A stretch of DNA of 64,000 bases, taken from positions 208,882 to 272,881 of the IMG/VR virus record IMGVR_UViG_3300005529_000001. The stretch is one strand, 5' to 3'. This DNA comes from a virus. Below, one piece after another: positions 47,493-56,204 of the stretch; position 1 is the first letter of the stretch, and every line of letters begins with the position of its first letter. Position numbers and translations under genes: made by a program. The notes below the pieces were generated by a model that saw only the letters and a program-made list of their open reading frames with translations, was not told the origin of the DNA and made no database searches.

Positions 47493-48190
47493 GACACCTG
47501 TTGGGGCGTGTGTGCGCCCTGGTAGATGATCACCTCGGCGATCGACCCAGATGTGAAGTTGATCCCGGCAAAGCCGAACAGCTCGGCCTGGACAAGGGAA
47601 TTGGCGCCAGCCGCAAAGGCTGACAGGCCCACGACGGCGGCTTGGCTGGTTCCCGGTTGGCTGGTCCCCAGGTAGACGTTCGAGTTGCTGCCGTTGAAGA
47701 CGCCCGCTGCACAGAAGGGCTGCCCTACCGTCAGGACGTTGTTGGTCGAGTTCTTGACCGACCCAGCGAATGCCCCGATGCCCGTTGTCGGGCCCGACCC
47801 GATGACAGCGTACAGCGTCTGCCGGGTGCCCGGGCTGTCGAACAGCGTCAGGTTGATGTTGGGGTTGAACGTGCTGATGTAGCTGACCACGTACGCTGTG
47901 TTCGGCTGCGGGACGTTGAGCGAGGTGTTGGTCAGTATCTGGGCCGAGCTGCTGACGAAGGTGATGCTGGGTTGGCCGTTCAGCAGCGGGTCGGTCGCTA
48001 TCAGGCTGGGCCTCGTGGTTACAGCTCCCGTCGAGGTGAAGTGGTTTCCTGCTCCCGAGGAGTCAGCCCACGTGACGACGTTGCTGCCCGACAGCTGGAC
48101 GCCGCGGTCTGCAGACAGCCACAGCACGCAGCCATTCATCTGCGTCGGGACGAAGCCCACTCCCCTCAGTCCAAACGGCATCAGAAGCAC
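47441..48190 (-). CDS. LamG/jellyroll-like fiber protein, paralog 2
   Basis: GCVLWLSADRGVQLSGSNVVTWADSSGAGNHF ... QYLSSKYNPGAWS. Confidence 0.55.
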   Translation of the reverse strand: MLLMPFGLRGVGFVPTQMNGCVLWLSADRGVQLSGSNVVTWADSSGAGNHFTSTGAVTTRPSLIATDPLLNGQPSITFVSSSAQILTNTSLNVPQPNTAYVVSYISTFNPNINLTLFDSPGTRQTLYAVIGSGPTTGIGAFAGSVKNSTNNVLTVGQPFCAAGVFNGSNSNVYLGTSQPGTSQAAVVGLSAFAAGANSLVQAELFGFAGINFTSGSIAEVIIYQGAHTPQQVSWVFQYLSSKYNPGAWS

Positions 48191-48966
48191 CTGTAGCGGC
48201 TACGGACGTACTGCCTCAGCAGGTCCTGGTTGGTCTTTGAAGCAACGTTGAAGGCACCGATCTCGTAGATCTTGCCCGGGAAGGCGCGGTTGCTGACAGC
48301 GCCGATGAGGCCCACGTAGAGGGTGTTGGTCTGCGTTGCGCTGGTGTACGTGGAGATCGACTGCTGGAAGATGGTCTGTCCGTTCATCGATATCGTCAGC
48401 ACCCCGCCGTCCCACACTGACTCGATCATGTACGTCGAGTTGTTGACCATCGTCGCTGTGGGGATGTTCTGTGCCTGCAGCAGGCCCGGGTAGAGGAATG
48501 ACCACGTCCCCTGGCCGCTGATGACGTTGATGCCCAGGCCGACGCCGTCGCCCGTGTTGGGACCCGTCCATGCGCTTGTCGAGTTCTTGTCGAAGATCGG
48601 ACCGTGGATGGTGTGGGTGCCCGGCCACGTCGCTGGGGTGCCGATGACAGCCCACAGGTGGATGGGGCCCGTCCCAGTGTTCCAGCCCGCCGGGTTGGCA
48701 ACGTTGAAGGCGCCGATGATGGCATCGGTGGTGTCGCACAGCATCTGGTGACTGGGCTGCGGCGAGTCGCTGGGCAGCCACAGCGGGTTGGTGCTGCCAC
48801 CGATGTTGAGGCCGAGGAGGTGGTTGCCATACGGAGACATGTCTGCCCACCGCACCACCGAGGTGTTGGAGTTGGCAGTGACGCCCATGTCGGCACGGCA
48901 CCACAAGATGCAAGCGTTGCCTGGCACCGACGGGTTCCAGTTGGGGGCGCGGCCGATGACTGTCAC
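48181..48966 (-). CDS. LamG/jellyroll-like fiber protein, paralog 3
   Basis: ACILWCRADMGVTANSNTSVVRWADMSPYGNH ... QYVRSRYRCF. Confidence 0.55.
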   Translation of the reverse strand: MTVIGRAPNWNPSVPGNACILWCRADMGVTANSNTSVVRWADMSPYGNHLLGLNIGGSTNPLWLPSDSPQPSHQMLCDTTDAIIGAFNVANPAGWNTGTGPIHLWAVIGTPATWPGTHTIHGPIFDKNSTSAWTGPNTGDGVGLGINVISGQGTWSFLYPGLLQAQNIPTATMVNNSTYMIESVWDGGVLTISMNGQTIFQQSISTYTSATQTNTLYVGLIGAVSNRAFPGKIYEIGAFNVASKTNQDLLRQYVRSRYRCF

Positions 48967-50405
48967 GACCAGTTCCCCGGGTTGTAGCGGCTCGCCAGGT
49001 ACTGGAAGAGCCAGGAGAGCTCGACCTGCGACAGCGGCCTGTTGAAGAACATGATCTCAGCGATCTTTCCATTGAGGGTGATGGTGCCTGTTCCCGTGCC
49101 TCCCAGCGACTCGACGCCCGACGGGCTCGTTGCGCCCGCGGAACCCGCCCCGACTGAACCGCTGCTGTTGTTGATGTAGAGGGCTGAGCTGGCGACGTTG
49201 AAGACCGCTGCCATGCACAGGCTACGGCCGTTGGCGTTTGCGTAGGGTCCCAAGGCGCTGACGTTGCTGCCGGCGAACATCGCCCAAGTGGCGCCAGTCC
49301 AGTAGGGCCCAGTGACGTTGTTGACCGAGTCGCCAAAGAATTGCTGCTGTGTCGCTCCGCTGGTTGACTCACCGACGACAACGCAGGTCATCGGTTGCGA
49401 CGGCATGATTTTCTGCAGCGCCAGCGATTGGGTGCTGGCTTTGGTGAACTGGACGGTGGGCTGGCCGTTGTAGCCCGGGTCGCTCGGGACCAGGACGGGC
49501 CTGTTGGCCAGGGTGCCCTGGCTGGCGTTGTTGCCGTTGCCGCTGATGTCCGACCACGATTGGACGTTGCCTGCGTTGTCGAGCGAGACACCTTGGTCAG
49601 CACGCCACCAGCCGACCAGCCCATTCATCTGCGTCGGTTGGAAGCCCACACCTCGTGATCCACCCCCCACATTGTAGCGGGTCATCAGGTAACGGGTGAC
49701 CAGGGCAGCTTGGGCATCGCTGAGCACGTTGGTATAAGAAATGGCCTCGAACATGTCGCCTGCAAAGAACAACGAACCCCCGTTACGGCTGCCGATGACA
49801 GTGCCTCCGTTGCCGTTGTTGGGCGGGAAGTTATTGTAGGGAGCTTGGTGCTGTTGGCCGTTGACCAGCAGGTTCCATGTTCCACCTGGTGTTTCGGTGA
49901 CTTGCCAGATCTCGGTATTGGTGCTGATGTCGTCGAAGATGGGAAAGCTGCTGACGCTGGCGATGTTGACATTGCGCTTGCCACCCGTGATCGGATTGAA
50001 ACCGATCTCGAGGCCGCCTGACCCGCCCGATGGGTTGTCACGGGTCGACAGGAAGAAAGAGAAGTTTCCAGGCGTTAGCGTCGAGTACCTGATAGCGAAG
50101 AAGTAGGTGCAGTTGGTGGTCGTCAGGTTGACTGATGATGTTAGGTTTTGTGTAGATCCATTGAATGACAGTTTGGGGATGTTGGGTAACCCGTTGACGC
50201 CGCTTGAACCGGTGTACTGCGGTGGTGACAGGGCATTTGATGGGGTGAAGATCGATCCGTTGGGCGACTGGTCGACCCACTGGGAGACGAAGCTGCCGCT
50301 GAGGGTCACGCCCAGGTCAGAGCGCAACCACAGCTGGCAGCCCGCGATGCTAAGCGGGTTGAAAGCAGCGGCCGAGAACCTCAGACCTGTTCCGGGACCG
50401 GGCAC
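48963..50405 (-). CDS. double LamG/jellyroll-like fiber protein (two repeats of the paralog domain)
   Basis: Two internal copies: CQLWLRSDLGV...SQWVDQSPNG and GWWRADQGVSLDNAGNVQSWSDISGNGNN; ends QYLASRYNPGNWS. Confidence 0.55.
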   Translation of the reverse strand: MPGPGTGLRFSAAAFNPLSIAGCQLWLRSDLGVTLSGSFVSQWVDQSPNGSIFTPSNALSPPQYTGSSGVNGLPNIPKLSFNGSTQNLTSSVNLTTTNCTYFFAIRYSTLTPGNFSFFLSTRDNPSGGSGGLEIGFNPITGGKRNVNIASVSSFPIFDDISTNTEIWQVTETPGGTWNLLVNGQQHQAPYNNFPPNNGNGGTVIGSRNGGSLFFAGDMFEAISYTNVLSDAQAALVTRYLMTRYNVGGGSRGVGFQPTQMNGLVGWWRADQGVSLDNAGNVQSWSDISGNGNNASQGTLANRPVLVPSDPGYNGQPTVQFTKASTQSLALQKIMPSQPMTCVVVGESTSGATQQQFFGDSVNNVTGPYWTGATWAMFAGSNVSALGPYANANGRSLCMAAVFNVASSALYINNSSGSVGAGSAGATSPSGVESLGGTGTGTITLNGKIAEIMFFNRPLSQVELSWLFQYLASRYNPGNWS

Positions 50406-50414
50406 TGGGTCACC

Positions 50415-51410
50415 TCACTTCCACATGAACGCGGAGTCGAATGGAGCCGTCGCTGCGACGCCATAGTTGGCTGCCGCGGTGTAAGTGCCCGGGGTCGATG
50501 AGAAGCTGGCGGCAATGCCCGTCGAGAAGAACGCTCCCCAGGGAGCAAAGTCGACGATGGGTTCTGAAGCGCAGGTCTGAGTGCCCGATACGCTGGTCGG
50601 CACCACGATCCACGAGAACAGCGGGACAGCGCCTGCTGCTGGTGTCGTCGTGCTGTTGAAGAGTTGCAGGTAGACGCTGCCGCTGCTGCGGTTGGTCGCC
50701 CAAACCCTGTACATGACGCCGGGAGAGCCCTTGATCACTGTCGGGGTGCCACCGCCCGGCATGATGTTGAGGCTGCCCGAGAACGTCGGCGTGTAGATCG
50801 ATGCGGTGGTGGGCAGCAACGCAGTTGCAAAGACACCGTTGAAGTTGTCCTCAGCAACGGGAGCAAACTGCTCTCTCATCGCCACGTTACCCTGGAAGTC
50901 TGACTTGAGGGGAGTGATCTGACCGTTAGAAGCCGAGAGAGAGCCGGTCAGAGACACCGACCAACCGATGGTGTCCTGGATGTTTGCGGGCGCCGTGAGC
51001 GGAGCCAGCGGGCTCGGGAGCCCGGTATAGAGGTTGGTGACACCCACAGAACCAGTGACGAACACCGGGATCGCTGCAGACGAAGAGACACCCACCGGGC
51101 CAGTCGAGAACACCGGGAGCTGGACAGACGCGCTCACTCCAACGTTGCCCTCAGACCAGATCTGGATCGGAACACCGCCCACGACACCCTGCACGGGAAG
51201 GGTCGCCGATGCGGTGACACCCAAAGGATTGGACGTGGTGACCAGCATCGCGCCGCCGCTCGATGACAGGTACTCGACAAGGCCCGTGCGAGCGTTGTAA
51301 GCAGCTTGCAGCTGGCCGATCGCCCCAGTGGGCAAAGCCATGCTGCCTGAAACGCCAACGACGTTTCCGTTGATGTCGAACAATATTGTCGTCGGGTTGT
51401 TGATGATCAT
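50415..51410 (-). CDS. tail fiber-like protein with short internal repeats
   Basis: Repeats LPVQGVVGGVPIQI / LPVFSTGPVGVSSS / IPVFVTGSVGV. Confidence 0.5.
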   Translation of the reverse strand: MIINNPTTILFDINGNVVGVSGSMALPTGAIGQLQAAYNARTGLVEYLSSSGGAMLVTTSNPLGVTASATLPVQGVVGGVPIQIWSEGNVGVSASVQLPVFSTGPVGVSSSAAIPVFVTGSVGVTNLYTGLPSPLAPLTAPANIQDTIGWSVSLTGSLSASNGQITPLKSDFQGNVAMREQFAPVAEDNFNGVFATALLPTTASIYTPTFSGSLNIMPGGGTPTVIKGSPGVMYRVWATNRSSGSVYLQLFNSTTTPAAGAVPLFSWIVVPTSVSGTQTCASEPIVDFAPWGAFFSTGIAASFSSTPGTYTAAANYGVAATAPFDSAFMWK

Positions 51411-52258
51411 GGCGTCGTCCTTGTCCTCGACGTCTCAAAGACGCCGTTGTAGACAAAACTATCTGTGAATGAATCAGCCACGGTCACCCCGTCAGACTGG
51501 TAGACTGTCCAGCTGCTGGAGATTATAAGCTGCTTCGAATTCCGTGTGACTATGTTTGTTAGGAACTTCTTGGCCCGCGTGGAGTCTGTCCACCAGATGC
51601 TCGCCGTCGGGAAAGGCCAGGGTCCCGTGTCACGGACAGCGCCCGACGTCCAGAGCTGGCCCCTGGGCCCGTCCTCGTTGGCTAGGTGAACGAGCTGCAG
51701 CAACAGTTCATGTTGCGTGGGAGTCATCGATCCCGTTGGAACGCTGAGAGCGACGCTGATCGTGGTGCCCGGGCCGTTGTCGGTAACGGTGATGCCGTTG
51801 GTCCCCGACAGCACCCGGAAGTTCGGGTTTTCGGCGTCGGGTTGTGCGAGGACGTATGACGCAAACTTGTCGTCTCCCGCGCTGGAGCTGATGGTCACTT
51901 GGCCTGACGAGTTTGTCGAGACCAGGATGCCACCTATGCCTATGAACGCAGCGAGCGGGATCGACGAGCCCTTGGGAGTGAACTGTGTCAACGATCCCGA
52001 GAGGGCCGCGGCAGAGATCGTTCCCGAGGCTGTGATGAACGACATGTCATAGATGCCGTGGCCGCCCCAGTCGATGTCTGAAGTGATCGTGAGTGAACCG
52101 CTGCTCATGTTCAGCGGAGCGCCCTTGCCCGGGCTGTGATCGTGAGCATCGACAACCGCCAGGGCACCCGTCAGCAGCGGGCCCCAGGCCGAGCCGGCGT
52201 TACCGCCTGGGGTCACCCCCACGACGGGGAGCGACATCGACATAAAGGGGGTGGACAT
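51407..52258 (-). CDS. hypothetical fiber/baseplate-module protein (283 aa)
   Basis: ORF; CCTATTTAG motif 7 nt upstream of the ATG. Confidence 0.5.
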   Translation of the reverse strand: MSTPFMSMSLPVVGVTPGGNAGSAWGPLLTGALAVVDAHDHSPGKGAPLNMSSGSLTITSDIDWGGHGIYDMSFITASGTISAAALSGSLTQFTPKGSSIPLAAFIGIGGILVSTNSSGQVTISSSAGDDKFASYVLAQPDAENPNFRVLSGTNGITVTDNGPGTTISVALSVPTGSMTPTQHELLLQLVHLANEDGPRGQLWTSGAVRDTGPWPFPTASIWWTDSTRAKKFLTNIVTRNSKQLIISSSWTVYQSDGVTVADSFTDSFVYNGVFETSRTRTTP

Positions 52259-52315
52259 CGTGTGGCTAAATAGGCGGCTGGAGATCGATGAACCACCCTC
52301 AGCGGTTCTCTCTCA

Positions 52316-52585
52316 TCACCGCGCCAACAACGTGCCGATCAGCTTCTTCAGCTCACGAACGGACATTGACACCATGCGCTCGTCACGGCCATCATCAACG
52401 ATGGGGCCCTTCAGTGTCGTCGGGTCATCGTCTGTGATGAGTTGCTGGCCCTGGCGATCGGGATCGTCATCTGACGCGCCTGCCACTTTCATCATCCCGC
52501 TCCTCGCAGCGGGCGGCTGGAATGCACCGCCAGAAAACCTATCAGCTTCCGCTGTCAGGGCTCTCTGGGTTTTTCTGGTGGCCAT
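52316..52585 (-). CDS. hypothetical protein (89 aa)
   Basis: ORF. Confidence 0.4.
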   Translation of the reverse strand: MATRKTQRALTAEADRFSGGAFQPPAARSGMMKVAGASDDDPDRQGQQLITDDDPTTLKGPIVDDGRDERMVSMSVRELKKLIGTLLAR

Positions 52586-52862
52586 CTAGCACCTCCGAGA
52601 TGGGCTGGGGGACCCGCTCTCGGCAGTAACTAGGCACGTGGCCCTTGACGATGCTCAGGATGTCTCGAGAAGAGACGAGGGTGCACCGTCCGGTGATCTC
52701 GGCGATCCTTCGCTTTGGGATGTCATAGTGAGGAAACGCTGACGAAGCGTGGAACCAGCAGCGCTTGATGCCCAGGTCACGAGCCATCTCGTGAAGGTTC
52801 TCTACCGAATACGGAAGACAGACCAGGTGCCTGGCGTTGTCGCAGACGTACCTGAGGTCCAT
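52542..52862 (-). CDS. hypothetical protein (106 aa)
   Basis: ORF. Confidence 0.4.
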   Translation of the reverse strand: MDLRYVCDNARHLVCLPYSVENLHEMARDLGIKRCWFHASSAFPHYDIPKRRIAEITGRCTLVSSRDILSIVKGHVPSYCRERVPQPISEVLDGHQKNPESPDSGS

Positions 52863-52881
52863 GTCATAATTCGTTGTTGTT

Positions 52882-53427
52882 TTACTCGGGCTTGTGTGTG
52901 GTAGGGAGCAGGTCCTTGCCCAACGAAGCCACGGCCTCAGCTAGCTCCCGGTTGGCAGCTTCGACATCGATGTAAGCCTTGATGACCCGTTGCAGCGGTG
53001 CGGGCATCGTGTCAAAAGAGATGAACTTCTCGTCGTACTTTAGCGGTTCACGCATCCGATTGATCATCTGCAAAACGATATCACGAGACTTGTCAAGGTC
53101 CTCGCGGAGCTCCGCGTTCTCTTTGGCACGGCGTTGGAGGTCTCGTTCGCGAGCCGCTTCTAACACTTCCGCAGTTGGATGTAACGGGTTCGTCGTCATC
53201 CTGACTGCTTCGTCGATCAAGCGTTGGGACACCATGATGCCAGGCACCATCTCAACCTGCTCATCAAGCAGCTTGCGTGAGGTCACTGGGATCGTCATGC
53301 CAGGACCTGGTTCCACCGCGTTAAGGTCATCAACTGTCGCGACGCCAGTCAAGATCTCGTTTAAAGCCTTTCGGTCATGGATGATCGGGTTTCCCTCAGG
53401 ACCCGTCTCGATCTGGTCATCGTTCAT
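52882..53427 (-). CDS. hypothetical protein (181 aa)
   Basis: ORF, ATGA-coupled. Confidence 0.5.
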   Translation of the reverse strand: MNDDQIETGPEGNPIIHDRKALNEILTGVATVDDLNAVEPGPGMTIPVTSRKLLDEQVEMVPGIMVSQRLIDEAVRMTTNPLHPTAEVLEAARERDLQRRAKENAELREDLDKSRDIVLQMINRMREPLKYDEKFISFDTMPAPLQRVIKAYIDVEAANRELAEAVASLGKDLLPTTHKPE

Positions 53428-54116
53428 GGAGTTGCCTCTTCATACTTGGGCGGGATCGTTGCCCACAACAACCGGAGCCATTTTACTGCACCCGCACGAC
53501 CTGGGTGTACCCCGTCTTCCAACGGGATGCCAGCAGCTTCGGTGTCAAAATACAAGCACTGTTGGGTGACAGCATCGCGAAGCAGCTCGTTGACGTCCCA
53601 GCTCTTGCCTGACACCGAAGTGTTGCCGACCCAGACACAGTTCGTGTTTTTCAACAGGTCGGTCACGGCCTTGACATCAGACAACGTCAACTGTCCCGGT
53701 TTGGTCGCTTTCTTTGGGATCTCTCTCACCCAGTAATGGTTGGTGCCCAGAAAGACCAGCACGTCATCGGGATTGGGATGACGAGATAAGGCCAGTTTGA
53801 GGTTGCCGCCTATTCCCCAGTATTGGACGGTCGTGGAACCCATGCAATCGACGTCAACGACGTCACGTGGTTGGCCGCTCTCGTCGTTAAGCTCTCGGAC
53901 CGTCTCCTTGACGTAGTAGCCAACCCTGCATGCCTCGCTGTCACCGACGATCAGGACGTGCCTCGACAGCGGCCTCCGAGAGATGACCGGGACTGAGACC
54001 ATGGTCTCCTCAGCATCATCCTTCACGCCAGCATCAGCTCGGACAGAGCTCACGGTCAGGCTTGCATTGATGTTGCACGACAGCAAGCACGCGATGAAGG
54101 GAAGGGCGAATCGCAC
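53424..54116 (-). CDS. secreted SGNH/GDSL-family hydrolase
   Basis: Signal peptide MRFALPFIACLLSCNINA; block I LIVGDSEA; block V DGVHP. Confidence 0.7.
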   Translation of the reverse strand: MRFALPFIACLLSCNINASLTVSSVRADAGVKDDAEETMVSVPVISRRPLSRHVLIVGDSEACRVGYYVKETVRELNDESGQPRDVVDVDCMGSTTVQYWGIGGNLKLALSRHPNPDDVLVFLGTNHYWVREIPKKATKPGQLTLSDVKAVTDLLKNTNCVWVGNTSVSGKSWDVNELLRDAVTQQCLYFDTEAAGIPLEDGVHPGRAGAVKWLRLLWATIPPKYEEATP

Positions 54117-54117
54117 G

Positions 54118-54726
54118 TCAGCTCGTCTTGCGCATCAGCAGCACGGGCTCTCCCGTGATGGGTTGGGCCTTCTGCCACTCTGGGTGCTCAGCCAGCCATT
54201 CATCGATGGCAGGCTTGACGCCGTGCTTGTCAGTGTCCACGGGCTTGGTCGCGTGAGCGTTGCCCTCGTAGCCCTCGCGTTGGGCATACCAGAGGTCACG
54301 GTCGCTCCACCTGCCATCATAGTCGTCACAGATGACGATGCCATTGGGCTTGATCAGCTTGCCCACGAGCTCCATCTCTTGCTTGACGGTATGATAGTTG
54401 TGATCGCCATCGAGCAACAAGACATCGAACTGCAGGCCTTGTTCAACCATGACGGGCAACACTTCGAGAGAGTTCTTCTCAAGCAAGTAAGCGTTCTGGC
54501 TCGGCTGGCGGTCGATGTTCTGCAACATCAGTTGCACCTGTTCCTGGACCAGGATGTCAACGCCGATAGCGGTGAAAGCGGGGCGGGTACGGGCCAAGAA
54601 GACGACCAACGACAGGAACGTCACGCCCCTGTCAACGCCGATCTCCAAGAGAGCGGGTGACACGCTGGGGGCGACCTGCTGGTGCAAGTACTGTTTGACG
54701 AGCGGGATGTAGCCATGGTATGACAT
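54118..54726 (-). CDS. class I SAM-dependent methyltransferase (O-MT-like)
   Basis: Motif I LEIGVDRGVTF; LLLDGDHNYH acidic motif. Confidence 0.65.
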   Translation of the reverse strand: MSYHGYIPLVKQYLHQQVAPSVSPALLEIGVDRGVTFLSLVVFLARTRPAFTAIGVDILVQEQVQLMLQNIDRQPSQNAYLLEKNSLEVLPVMVEQGLQFDVLLLDGDHNYHTVKQEMELVGKLIKPNGIVICDDYDGRWSDRDLWYAQREGYEGNAHATKPVDTDKHGVKPAIDEWLAEHPEWQKAQPITGEPVLLMRKTS

Positions 54727-54968
54727 CAGTCCCTCTTACCCCTGTTCAAGAGCAAATTGAGGAAACCCTTGACGTTGGCTGCCAACGAGGTCCCTGCCGT
54801 TGCCGTTGTGTCGAGCTTGCCCAGCGAAGCACCGCACAGCTCGATGGGCGCGACGGTCGAGATCGAGACCGTCCCATCAGCACGGATTGTTATCGTCCCG
54901 TCTTCGTTCGTCAACGTGAGGTCGCCGTTCGGGTCGGCGGCGAGCTGGACTGAGGTCCTGTGGTTCAT
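54726..54968 (-). CDS. hypothetical protein (80 aa)
   Basis: ORF. Confidence 0.4.
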   Translation of the reverse strand: MNHRTSVQLAADPNGDLTLTNEDGTITIRADGTVSISTVAPIELCGASLGKLDTTATAGTSLAANVKGFLNLLLNRGKRD

Positions 54969-55201
54969 CCAGCAGTTATTAAGGCCTGGACTGCTAGTTC
55001 TACACGGCGACGGAGCTCGTCGGGGAGCGCGCTGAGCAACACGTATGTCTCAACCTTCATGTTGCCGACGGGCACGCCGTCAGCGATCGAGTTCTGGTTG
55101 ACGACCCCGACTCGCATCGCGAGAGGCGCGGGGCCCCTGCTGGCGATCATCGGCTGGTACAGGTCAACTCTTTGGGCGGGGGTCGGTCGGGGGTTTTCCA
55201 C
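54965..55201 (-). CDS. hypothetical protein (78 aa)
   Basis: ORF. Confidence 0.4.
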   Translation of the reverse strand: MENPRPTPAQRVDLYQPMIASRGPAPLAMRVGVVNQNSIADGVPVGNMKVETYVLLSALPDELRRRVELAVQALITAG

Positions 55202-55385
55202 GGTTTTTCTCCAGTTCCTCCCGCTTTCCGGGGGGTGCTATCTTTATCAGCTCGTCAAGCTCAGCTTGCAACGGCTTGGGGTCATTGCCGATCGCAGCGT
55301 GTGCCATCACCCGTTCTAGGAACTTGGCGAACACGATGTTCCATTCAGCATCGGACAACGTCTTAGGCTGCTGCTTTGCCATCAT
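55164..55385 (-). CDS. hypothetical protein (73 aa)
   Basis: ORF. Confidence 0.4.
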   Translation of the reverse strand: MMAKQQPKTLSDAEWNIVFAKFLERVMAHAAIGNDPKPLQAELDELIKIAPPGKREELEKNRGKPPTDPRPKS

Positions 55386-55560
55386 CCCTTGAGAATTTGC
55401 CTGCCCTCGGTCAGGGCTTCGTTGGCTTGCGTGAGCTCCTTGCGGCGAGCGACAAGCTGCTCGCGGAGCGTGACAACGTTGCGAGACCCAGACGGCTCAG
55501 AAGCGATCTTGGTCTCGAGCTCACTGATCTCGGTGAGCAGCTGTTCAGTACGTGCTGACA
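55381..55560 (-). CDS. small coiled-coil protein (59 aa; below the ORF-track cutoff)
   Basis: Hand translation MSARTEQLLTEISELETKIASEPSG...; TGATG coupling to the downstream gene; SD AAGGTAGG. Confidence 0.3.
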
Positions 55561-55627
55561 TGAGAGAATCCTACCTTATCGTGAGGTAGGTATCCACCCA
55601 CGCACAAAAACATCACACGTGGGCCCC

Positions 55628-55951
55628 TCAGGGCAGGAAAACCACCACCGAGACTGAGTCGGTGAGGTTGTGCAGCTGGCTCATCAGCCTGTTGTGCTCC
55701 CAAGCGTGCGGCTCTTCGCTCATGCAACCAAAATAGAGGAGGTTCCTGGCGGGAGTGTCGTGCTTGTCGTTAAAGCTGTCAGCGAAGTTGGCCAACACCA
55801 AGCACGTCATGTCATCGTCGATGCCGAAGCGGACGACCATCCCAGGCTCGACCTCGCCCACTGGGATGCGAGGCTCGCCAACGCCGTTGGCCCCGACGAC
55901 GTGGAACCTACTCGGCAGCCCAGCTCTTCCGGACAAAGCCGCTGACGACAT
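55628..55951 (-). CDS. hypothetical protein (107 aa)
   Basis: ORF. Confidence 0.4.
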   Translation of the reverse strand: MSSAALSGRAGLPSRFHVVGANGVGEPRIPVGEVEPGMVVRFGIDDDMTCLVLANFADSFNDKHDTPARNLLYFGCMSEEPHAWEHNRLMSQLHNLTDSVSVVVFLP

Positions 55952-56198
55952 CGACCATCACCTTGGGACCCGTGTTGAGCACCACGCCCGTCCTGGGAAC
56001 CCCATCATGCTTGTTGACTTGCAACGAGAAACCCGCGGACTTTGTCACCACAAAGGCCTGCGCCAGCAACATCCCGTTCACTTCTTGTGCAACCCGCATC
56101 GCAAGCGCACGTCCGTCGAGGCGGCTGCCGTTTGGGCGCCTGCGCTCTGTCCTATCGTTCTTCATGTGTCCATCTCCGTGCGATGCATCTGATCGCAA
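55908..56198 (-). CDS. hypothetical protein (96 aa)
   Basis: ORF; overlaps the next gene by 44 nt. Confidence 0.35.
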   Translation of the reverse strand: MRSDASHGDGHMKNDRTERRRPNGSRLDGRALAMRVAQEVNGMLLAQAFVVTKSAGFSLQVNKHDGVPRTGVVLNTGPKVMVDVVSGFVRKSWAAE

Positions 56199-56204
56199 CT
56201 GGGA

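Noticed and set aside
48200-49381. 393-aa minus-strand ORF in an alternative frame across the LamG array (Pro/Arg/Gly-rich). Nested ORFs also at 48426..48896 and 47014..47388.
   Set aside because: Compositionally biased shadow frames of the real LamG paralog genes.
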